Shown: positions 51,401 through 63,400 of the stretch, one piece after another
Position numbering within the stretch: position 1 is the stretch's first letter
Layout of the letters: each line of letters starts with the position of its first letter
Assembly: GCA_965637545.1 (NCBI GenBank)
Contig: OZ281497.1
Location: 15,190,001 to 15,254,000 of the forward strand
Direction of reading: 5' to 3'
From: Phallusia mammillata
Taxonomy: Eukaryota
Length of the DNA: 64,000 bases
Notes under the pieces: generated by a model
The model's database searches: none
Seen by the model: only the letters and a program-made list of their open reading frames with translations
Told to the model about the DNA's origin: nothing
Made by a program: the position numbers and the translations under genes

Positions 51401-54400
51401 TTTTATGTGCACAGCAGCAAAAGGCGATGTACAGGTATTTTTTGTTTCTTTCAAGGTGAAAGCGGCATAACTGCTGTTCAGTGCTGCACCATATTTCAAA
51501 ATACAGCGATTAATAAAAACGTTGTGTTGAAATCTGCGCAAAAATTCTGCTATTATTGCCAACAGGGCTTCTACACGGGTATTCCCCCAACATGTGATCC
51601 TGTTTCATGTGGAATGCCTGTAACTGTCGACAACGGATTTTTCGTCAATAAAGGCACAACTTACCTGAAAACGGCGACATATTCCTGTCACAACGGACAT
51701 TATTCACTCGGTAAGTCAATAATACTTTACTTCAGAAAAAATGCTATCGAACCATTAGTTCTGATGGTTAAATTCGCGGTTCCAAACATTTTCTCGTGGC
51801 ACACTCGGTATACTTTGGTCGGTGACCCTTTTTATTGACTGAGGTAGTAGATTTCCAAAGTGGTAGTTGTTCTGTGCGTTGAAGATAAAATCAATTTGAA
51901 GACGTGTGTGGTGGCGGCCGTGTTGGATGCCTGTCGAAAGGTTCGGGATGTTATTTACTGTAAAAGGGTACACGACAAAATCGCGACGATTTGATTTGCA
52001 ACGTAAAACGCAAGCCCAAGCAAGCGTTTCTAATTTTAAATGCACTCACATTCAATGGAGAAGCTTGCTGACCCTTGCACATAAGTTGTAGTGTATTTTA
52101 CTTTTTTACGCTATGGGTATCTTAAACAATACTTGCACATTTAAAATCAAGGACAAACGGAAATCGTGTGCCAAGCGAACCGAACCTGGTCTTCTCAACC
52201 AACTTGTAATCCCCACGACTGCTCTCAACCACCAGTGGTCGCCAATGCGCACGTTCAAGTGACGTCAACTCTATTCCGTACAGTTCTTCAATACACATGT
52301 GACACTGGCTACAACCTCAACGGTACTGTAACATTAAATCTGTAAATATATTGCGGAGTTGCTTTACGTAATTCCTATGTCAAGTAGGGTTAGTTTAAAT
52401 TGTAAGTTTAGACATGACTGAAATCACTGCAAAATTGTACATCATACGTTTTTTTGTAAACGTTTAATTTAGGAACTGGATCCACGGAATGCCTTGCGTC
52501 TGCCATGTGGTCTGGCGTCAGCGGTTGGTCATGTGACCCTGTACCCTGCGGAAATCCTGCGTCGGTTGCCAACGCTACACACGTGACCACTGGACAAGTG
52601 TTCGGGGATATGGTAAATCACGATACCTTTCGGGGATGGTAAAAACATGATATTCATGCAGTCTCACTAAAACACTTTCTACCTATCTAGGTGACGTACA
52701 CTTGCACGAGAGGTTTTCTTATCGAGCCTCCCAATTTCTCCAATGCACAAACTTATGCCTGTCAATCAACCGGTAGTTGGGAAGAAACTACGTTCACCTG
52801 TCGACCTGTGTCATGTGGTCCTGCTGCTCGTGTTACTAACGGGTATAAATAATGGGCTTTGTATTTTGCCATCATTTGTTTCTTATTCTGTTTTGAATTG
52901 GTTTAAATGTGTCATGAGTTGATTTTTATTGTAGCAAAGTAATTCTCGCCCAAAGTGATTGGTCGCATAGCAACGTCGACATGGTTCACTACCCAGACAT
53001 TTTAGAATATTCGTGCAACACCGGATATTTTCTGGAGGGAAATTCCAGACCTTCGTGCAACGAAAATGGTAAGACTATACGGGATGTTGGTCAATAAGCC
53101 AAAATGAATTGTTAATTAGAAGTGAAAGATTTTCATAAAAACACTCAATATGTGATTTCAGGATTGTTTAGCTCACCCGCTCCGAAGTGCCTTCCGGTTT
53201 TGTGTGGACTTCCCGACGATGTGTCCAATTCAGCCCTGACTCTCAGCGGGGTTACCTTTGGTCACAATGCAACGTTTACGTGTGACGTTGGCCACGTATT
53301 AAGGTTGTGAATGATTGTTTGCAAATTTTTGTGATGAATCAAATTAAGTACCGTAGTTGCTCGACAAACGGCATGGCAAAAACTTTATAGGCTGCGGCTT
53401 ACATTTTATGAATACGGTATGTTATTTCGTTCTCTGTGCTGATAATAGAAAATCAAAAACGCGATATTACTGCCTGTGACGTGTTCTGAAAAATCAGTTA
53501 ATGACGTCACTACAAGTTTCTACAAGTTCACTACCGATTTCGCAATAATGCGGTTATTAAATGAATAAATGTTTTCGTATTTTAGGCAAGAAGGCAAAGA
53601 ACTACTTACCCACTACCACGAATGTACTGCTGACGAAACTTGGTTGCCTCCAGCGCCACCAAACGGATGTGAGCCTATAATTTGCCCGTCCCCACTGCCT
53701 GTGGATCATGCATCGATTTCCTCAACTCATTCCAGCGTTTATAAGTACAGAGACGTAATAACCTATCAGTGCGATTCTGGTTACGAATCACTTCCCGAAG
53801 AACTTGCTATTACATGTTTGGTTAGTGTTAAAGTTTACGTAGTTAGTTAACAGATTTTTAATATCACTTAAATTAAACATGGTACCCAACCATGCAAATA
53901 ATTTTTCATGCTTTGTTCGTTTTAGTTTCTAAAAGCAAATTTTTTTGGCAAGGATTTTTTTTGTATACTTTTTGACACAGTATGTTTTTTTTACCAAAAC
54001 TTTTGCAATTGAAAGTTGGTTTGTAACAGTTCTCTGCTTCGTGATATGAATGCACATTTTTAAACTACAGGCTAACAAGCAATGGAGCGGTCTTCCCAAA
54101 TGTACACCAGTTGATTGCGGAATTCCAGCCTGTCCTTTACTGTCGGATTGTCAGCGAACCGGAACTACTTACCAGCAAACTGCCTCTTCGTCCTGCATTG
54201 TTGGTCACGAGTTCTCTCCTGACGTCACATCTTTTCAGGTCACGTGCAACGCTGATCGCCAATGGAGTGTGCCACCTTTTGCGAACGAAGGTACCACCTG
54301 TTTTAATAACATAAAGTAAAACAGCCGAAAGTTCAAATGTTTCAATTGAATTAAGTTAATATTGCATTAAACGCTTTAGTTGATTGTTAATATTAAAGAA

Positions 54401-57400
54401 ATTAATCTGTTTCCTATGCTTTGGTAGCGTGAAGTAAAACAGCTAAAGCCATTTTATTTATACTGTATTATTGAAGTAGACGTTTTCAGTTGATTTTTAA
54501 TGTTCTTCGTGGGCAGCGAATCAAAAAAAGGAACAAAAATTAACCCGTTTTATATTTGCAAGTCGATACGTCATCATGTCGACGTCACTCCTGCGGCGCT
54601 CCTAGCACGATTGAGAACGGCCAATTCCAACTCAACGACCATCGAATGACATTTGGCGCCATAGTAGCATACCAATGCGACACGGGGCACGAATTTTCAC
54701 TTGGTTCTAACCCCAGTATGGAATGTTTGGCCGATAAAAACTGGGGTCCTGACCCCACACCTGCTTGCCAACCAAAAGATTGCGGACCAGCTGTTTGCCC
54801 TTCACATGGTAAGTTTTATAGCACCTGATTATTTTTTCGCAAAAATACGACTACAAAAAGTTACAGATTTTCAAAACACAAAACATTTTTTTGAAAATAT
54901 ATTCACATGAAAAGTGTCCCAGAGGGCGTTGATTTGAAAGATAACTTATAAAACTAAATTGCTGTTTTTGTTTGTGCTGTTCATGTTTTTATAAATTTCT
55001 CTATTGTGATGTTTAAAAGTTTTTCTGAGACATTCAATTAAAATAAAAAAATTGTCGCAAAACCGCAGGAAATCGTTTGTTAATATTTTATCAACCAAAT
55101 TCAATATCCCACTAATTTGATATCGTCAGGTTCCTGTGTTTCGGATGGCACAATATTTGAATCCACTTGGCACTTGACATGTGACACCGGATACGAACTG
55201 TCCTATGACGTATTTGACACGACTTTGACGTGTTTGGACACCGGTATGTGGTCATCCAATCCAATTGACCACCAATGCTTACCAGTAAAGTGCCCAATAC
55301 CCGGACAAGTGGAAAACGGTCATATCAACAGCGGAAACGCTCATACGTAAGATTGTAAAGAAATATTTTCCTTGTATTCAGTAGAGCTGAAGTTTGCTTA
55401 GCACTCCAGTCAATCTGATTCTTAGGGCAATGTCATAATAAAAATATATTTGTTACACACAAATTCCTTCATCAATCTTAAACTGGATAATAACAAACAA
55501 CGGATGCCAAGACATCAAATTTAAAGTAACTAAGCTGTGTCACTGTTTTGTTCTTCCTGGTTTTGAATAAATAACCAAAAACTGTGCCATTGTGTCATAA
55601 ATTGTAACAAAATAATCAGTCGTAAATAACAAACAACTTTTTTATGCTTCATGCTCTGTCCAAACTTTCTAAAGATTGCGTTTAATGAAAGTGGTTGTCG
55701 GCAACCGCCGGTCCGCGGTCCGGTGCCGGGTCGCAAGGAGTTCGTTACCGGGCCGTATACTTTTTCAGGTTAAATGGTTTAAAACATTTTGCCCATATAT
55801 CCCGAAGATTATAAACTAATTGATTTGTTTTCATTGCTAATTTTTTTTACGACCGGTCCCCTGGTTTCAACAAATCATTTTTTTTTTACTTTGCTTTGCA
55901 TAAAAATGTGACTCATGTTACGGTCAAAAGCAGAATTGTATCTGCACAAGAAAAACAACTTTGATTATTTTGTTGGGGTTAGATCCCTTGATTTCAAGAC
56001 AGAAGTTGAATACGCATGTGATAAGGGATATTACATGGTTGGATCACCTGTACTAACTTGTACATCAGATCGAACTTATTCCCATCCAACTCCACATTGC
56101 TACCCAGTGTCATGTGGCGAACCACCATCTATCGGCAACGGGCTTGCTAACTTCGATGGTATGTTAATGTTGCCAGTATGATTTCGCTATATCAAAACTT
56201 AACTAAAAGCTCATGAATTAAATATGTGCGATAATGGAAATCGTCCTAAACCACATGCGCTCGCACCCATAACTGTTTGTGTCATGTTTTTTGGCAAAAT
56301 CGATATCCACAGTAATTTACTAAAAACACATTGAACGAATACACAGGCTGAATTAAGTGTGCTAAAAGTTTCAGCTGTGCTATCTCATGAATACATATTT
56401 GTTTGGATTTGTGCTTTTCCTTTACATACTGCCTAATTACTCTGTTATATTCTTTGTTCTTACAAAACGTATGGGCTATTTAATGCTGCATTTTATCAAA
56501 TTTTGTATCATAAACTAAGTATTTTTTATATTTGTGCACATTTCACAGGCGTCACTTTCCTGCACAATGCAAAATACTCGTGTTTGCCGGGTTACGATAT
56601 GTTTGGTGGCGTAGAATGGTTTTGTTCCCATGACAAGCAATGGACACCGCAAGTGAAAGTGGCAGTTTTGCCTGCTCCTATCAGTAAGTTGTTGCTCTGC
56701 GTAATGATTTACCTGCAAATATACTGCGTAAAAGTATAATTTATCACAATATCATGTTGTAGTTCCCAGAGCGGCGCTCTTTAGTTTGCCAGCTGAATTA
56801 GGAAATGAAAATGTGGGCAGCGGGAGTGGTGACGCACCAGGCTCTGGAATGACGCCCTTGAGTGGTAAGTTGCGACGATGGAGTATAAATAAAAAAATTT
56901 GAAGGAAGTTGTTAATCGACCTGTACAATATTCTTGTGTTTTTGGAAACCTCAAGCGTGAAACTTGGCCGATATTCATTAAGAAGTTTATGAGTCACTTG
57001 TATAAACGAAATACTGCGTGTAACGAGATTGAATTTTATGCGGTGTTGTCAATTTGTCGTATTCAAGTTTTTAACCCTTTTTAATTTGTTACAGATGTCC
57101 CAGCGGCATTTGCTCCGTTTTCCCTTCGATCTGCTGTTTCCGCCGTGCCAGGTAGAAAATAAAGTCACGAAGCTTTACTCAACTTTTAAATTTGTGTTTG
57201 TATTTATAGAATCGAACAGTCCGCCAGTCTGTAAACCTACACCTTGCGGATCGGCACCACATCTTGCTCATGGAACTTCAGTTAACGGATCAACTAATTT
57301 TGTATTCAAGCAGTCCGTGGCATTTATTTGTGACGATGGATTTTTTCTGCAAGGTAAACAGTATTTTTAAGTGGAAAAATACTAAAAATACATCACATAA

Positions 57401-60400
57401 CGTTGAGATTATTAATCTATAGGTGCGAGTGTGATGTTTTGCCTGGAAGATGGAACGTTTGGCCCAAACTCAAAACCTTCATGTGAACGGGTTCCATGCG
57501 GTGATCCCCCTTCTCTGACACACGGATCCTTTACCGCTACGTCTGTAACAGGTATATATATTATGAAGGTACAAAAATAAAATAACCTAACAATTTAGTA
57601 GAAAATTAATATCTGCCAAATCAAAGCTCGAAACCCGTCGTGAAGGGTTTGGACTATTTTGCAGTAATGATAATTGCACATGGCCTGAGATACTTTGTTT
57701 GCAATTTATAAGACAGAATACTATCATCCAAACAGTGCAAAATTTAAACCATATAGACAACGCTAGAAAATAAACATCTGCCAAATTAAAGGTGGATACC
57801 CATCATACAGAGCTAGACTACCTTGCAAGCCATTTAAACTCTGCCGTGTAAATATAAAGGGTGAATACCGTACATTTTTAGGTGGACCCGCCCGCTTTGT
57901 ATTCGAGGATGTCGCAACCTACACTTGTAACAGTGGTTACGAGCTCCAAGTTACTTCCCCAGACACCACACTGACATGTAACGACCAGGGTGCTTGGACT
58001 CCCCATGCACCAAGTCCCTGTCATCCTGTATCTTGTGGGGTACCTGCTTTCCCCATTCATACCATCACAACTGGTTCAGAGTACACGTTTGGTCAGACTG
58101 TGAAATATTCTTGTGAAACGGGTTATTATTTGGTTGGCTTTCCCGTGCTGACTTGCACAGCTAATAGGTGAGCATTTGAGTTTTAGAAAAAGTTTTTATA
58201 CTTTATGGTTTTATTCTTTTAAATCTTCTAGGGAAAACTTCATTACGTATTTTAGTTTCGTTAAGATCGTGTGTGTATTGCAAATGAATACTCGTAGTCG
58301 GTTTATCGCCACTCTTGTACCTTTGTTCCTTAGATACACATCTCATCTTTTTGTACATTTTCCTACTTGACTATAGCAATGGTTTACATTTACTACATAG
58401 CTATAGATTAAGGCTACTACAATCAAAGACTTACAAGTTTGGTCAAAATGTATTTAAAAAGATTACTCCCGATATCTACGTACAAAGAGTAAAAAAAATG
58501 CAAAATCAAATGCATCAGATAATAAAAAATAAAAATAAAAACGAAAAGTGGAACCAAAAAACAGCTTTTTGTCATAACGCCAAAAAACTTATTGAATGTT
58601 GCGAATTGGGGCAGCGCCAAAAGTTACTTGCCACTAATAAGTATTAACTTACTACAATTTTCAACTCATAGCCTACTTTACAAGTTATTTATCAAGAAAA
58701 ACACATTTCTTCTTCAGGCAATGGTCGCCAAGCGACGCCCCAACATGTGCTCCAGTGCCGTGCGGTCATCCAAGCAAAATTCAGCACGGTTCTTACACCA
58801 ACGAGCAATCCACAAACGAACTCCACTTCACTTATCAACGTAATGTCACTTACTCCTGCGAATCTGGATATGAACTCCACGTTAATCCCCGGGCTGGAGA
58901 AAGTGCGACCATGACTTGTCAAGCGAACGGTAATTGGGATGCAATGACACCAACTTGTCCACCTGTCTCCTGCGGGCAGCCACAACCAATTAGAAACGGA
59001 CACGTTAATGGTAGCGTGTTCTCATACGGAAATGAAGTGACCTATGGATGCAACGTTGGCTATGAAATGACGGTTCGTTTAGTTCTTTCTTTATCATATA
59101 ACTCGTTTTTAGGTTTATTTACAAAGACTTTATCCAATAAACTACTTCCACAGATAACAGTAAAACTTTTTAATTTCAATTAATGATCATTTCAGAGTGA
59201 ACCAGTAAAAACTTGTCAAGCTGATAAGACATGGACTGGTCCAGTCCCTATTTGCTCCCCCGTGTCATGTGACCGCCCTCCACACGTCGAACACAGTCAA
59301 TATACTCTGACTCCAGCCTTAACATACGGGAACTCTGTTAGCTATCAATGTGATGCAGGCAAGTATAAAACAATCGAAGTATATCTCGTCTTCGTACTTA
59401 AACTGCGCAACCACAGTGTAACTGCATCGAATTCTCTTTTTAGCTACCAATTACGCGCTTCTTTTATGTCGCACTGCTTGGGTGAATTATTTTAAAGTAT
59501 ATGTCGGTTTTCGCAAAGGAAAACTCACCACAACTCAACTAAATACAAACGTCCTTTCATTCGAATCAATTTCTTTCATTCGGTTTCCTCACAAGGCTAT
59601 TCTAATTTTATAGTAAATTTCTTTCTTGCCCTGGGTACTGTGATTAAGCCGAAATCTAAAGGAATATAAACAAACATAAGAAGGTCATGTTGCATTGTTG
59701 GGCTTCACTACATTTTCTATGTACTTGCAGGATACGACATGTCCGGATTTTCAACACTTACCTGCACGGCGGCACGGGTATATGACTTGCCGTCGCCTGT
59801 CTGTATTCCCGTGTCATGCGGAGAACCGGGAGCAGTTGCAAACGGACGAATTACAGATAGAAGTGGCGCTGTAACGTTTGGACACAACGTCACTTACGCA
59901 TGTGACATAGGCTATGAATTACGATCAGGTAAACCTTTTCGTTTTAATAAACGGATGCAGACGAAACCGGTTAATCGGGATTCCAATTTAACAGACAAAG
60001 GATCATTTGTAACTGTTTTCAGGGGCTGCGAGCAAAACTATTAGGTGTACAGCTGCCAGATCGTGGAGCGATCTTCCACCCATCTGCGACCCTGTATCGT
60101 GTGGAAAACCAGCTTCAATAGAACATGGGAACGTTGCATCAACTGCCAACACTTACTTGTCTATTGCAGAATTTACATGCAACCCAGGTGCTTGTTTGGT
60201 ATCTTACACAACTGTACACATTAAAAAGTAGTGCCAGTTACACTGTGCTTTGTTATTTCGAAAAACCGAAGTATAATCCATAGTGTCGATTGGGCAGCAA
60301 ATTGGAAATAAACCGTTGTTAACTATTCTTTCACTTTTATGAGTTTTTGGTACACATTGTGTTTCAGGGTATGAACTTGGAGGATCAGGCACAGGTGACA

Positions 60401-63400
60401 ACTGCAAGCCCGGACATACTTGTTTAATTTGTCAAGCAGACAAACTGTGGGGAACAGGTAGTGGTGGACATCCAACACATCCTGTGCACTGTTCTCCATT
60501 GTCGTGTGTGGAACCAACCGGTATCAGCAACGGAAGGTTGTAGTCAGTTTTGAAAGAATTTTGTGGTTATTGAGTGTTCTCAGCCGTTTTCGTACTTGTG
60601 CAGCTTTTGAAGATATACTTTTATCCCGAATTTCCGAAACATAATATCGTGTCCCGTATATAGCAATTGAAAATCCCAACAGTGTTTCCGAGAATCTGAT
60701 ACAATGATAACAACTGCATTTATAATTGCAAGCTATCGTATATAGGTAGTACATGTTTATAAAGTTTACACATTTCACATTCAAGCGTTATGCTCTTAAA
60801 TCTAAATGCAAAAACGTATCCACCAGTCCAGATCTTTAGTTTTTACCATGGTAAATTATAATGTTGCTTGTGATTATTTTAGGGTGAGCGTTACCTCGTA
60901 CCTTTATCTGAGTACGTTGGAGTACATCTGTGACGAAGGGTACGAACTCCACCCAGAATCCAGTCAACATCTTCAGTGCCAGACCAACTACGAATGGGGA
61001 CCACAGGCTCCCCCAACTTGCCGACGAATTGCTTGTCCAGATCCGACACCGATCGAAAACGGCCAATTTTCTTTAGTTCGGCCACCTACTTCGAGCCGTA
61101 CTGACGTTGCACGCCAATATCTATTTGAGGATTTGGTTCAGTATAACTGTCATTCCGGCTATCGCTTTGACAACACAGGACTTTCTGAAAGTGTCGGAAC
61201 ACTCTTTTGTTTAGCAACTGGTTCATGGGATCAAGTTCACCCGGTATGTGAACCAGTGCCGTGTGGTATTGCGCCACCTAGAGAACACGGTCATCTGGTT
61301 GGAGATGTTAGCCAAGTGTTTGTTTACAGCGAAACTGCTTCGTATGCTTGCGACACAGGATTTGAGTTTATCGGTGATTCGACTGAGGAAGCAATCACTT
61401 GCACCGCTAACGGGTAAGGTTCAAAAAAGATTTTGTACTGTAAATACATTTTATCTAAACCATTTTGTAAGTCATTGTTGTTTACACCATCGCGTACAAG
61501 CAACTATTTAAACTTTTTGACTTTTCTGTCAAGCGTAATTAAGTAAATTAAGTTGTTGGACCGAGATCTTTAGATATATGGAGGACTGACTCGGGATCAA
61601 ATTATCCATGTTACGCTTTCTCCTTTGTTACAGACAATGGTCATCCAACAGTCCACCTGCTTGCCACCCTGTTACCTGTGGTCCTGATCCTCATGTTACA
61701 AATGGAATGGTTAATACTGCTGAAGGTGGAACAAATTTACGAAGAATTTTCGGATCCGCTGTGACGTATGCGTGCTTGCATGGTTACTACATGACCGCCA
61801 CAGGTTTGTCTTTTAAGCCGTCAAATAGTCGCACAGAAAAGGTTTCTGAATCGTTGTTTTATTACTTTTTTTGTGTAGATACCATTAACTGTGGTTCAGA
61901 CCGGCAATGGTCTCCCAAAGCTCCACAGTGCCACCCAGTGCCTTGTGGCCCACTTCCAACCGTCGCTCATGCTAGTCCTCTTTCTTTTGTTGCACCACCC
62001 GCCCTTCTTAGATCCTTTGTGTCCTTTACTGCTTCTGGTTCTGGAAGTGGTGATGCTCCTTGGGCCACGACTAGTTCTGATGTTGCAGCTGAACCTGTAC
62101 CACCAGATGCGACAGCGCGGTTTTCGTCTAACGGTGATTCTGGTGTTGAACCTGTACCACCGGACGCTGTACGTCAGCGGAAGAGGCGTTCTGCTGGGGG
62201 TTATACATATGGAGACACAGTCCATTACCAATGCGACTTTGGGTATAGGCCAACACAGGGTTCTGTGGAATTTACAAGTTGTGGTGCAAACGGTGAATGG
62301 ATGAGGCCGTTTCCACAGTGCGAACCTATACCGTGCGACCCTCTGCCGCCAATGTAAGTATGGATTGTAAAGCAATTAGGTTAAATATTCTTTATTTGCA
62401 CCAGGTCAACTAATATGAAGTTTCAAATTGTAATGAACTGGTTGCTTTACAATGACCATTTTTAACAACGATTTCATGACATGCATGGACTTAAACAATG
62501 TTAATTTTCTTACAGAGCCAATGGGCGGAGAATCGGCAACAAGTTTACTTTCGGTCAACAAATCTCCTATGCATGTAACCAAGGTTACGAGAGTTCATCA
62601 CGTGATACATTTGTGTGCAAAGCGGATGGTCGATTCCATGTAGACTCGGAAATCAACAGTGAAACTGCTGCTGGCCTCAACTCCCTCCCAACCTGTGAAA
62701 GAGTTTCTTGTGGAGCCACACAAGGAGTTGTCAATGGAATCGTGAAAAGCAGCAACACGGAATACCTATTTACGGTGGGTCTTACAAATTGAATTTACTC
62801 GGAAGGTATAACAACTGTCAAGGATGCAAAGTTGTGTCCTCAACTTTAAATGCCATTCGAAAACCGTACATACTAATGTCTGTTTTATTAGTTGAAAGGC
62901 ATAATTTAATTTGTTGATCGTTGTAATGTTTTGCCGTTTTAGATGTATTTACCGGTATTTCTCCAAAAAAATGATTCGGCTCCATTGTGTGTCTTAACTA
63001 CACAGAACATCAAGTATTGTTGGTTTAATGATCTGCATTATTTGCTTCAGGACAAACTGCGCTATGAATGTCTTCCTGGTTACAACTTGCGAGGTGAATT
63101 TGAGTTGACGTGCCAAGCAAACAAAGCATTCGATCATCCTCCACCAACATGCGACCCTGTGTCGTGTGGAAACCCACCAACACTGCCTAACACTCAACAG
63201 CATGGTAAGACATTAAACTACTTCGCATTTTAGGCATCATTTACGTTAATGGTGGTTCGAATCTTGTTACGTTTTTCTATTCAAACGTGTTTTTTTCTGT
63301 TTATTTTTGCTCCTCTGATTGTGGATATTTTTTGTTTATCTTTATTCTGTTCTAGTTACTTCGACTGTTTACCGAGGCACGGCAACTTACACCTGTTCTA

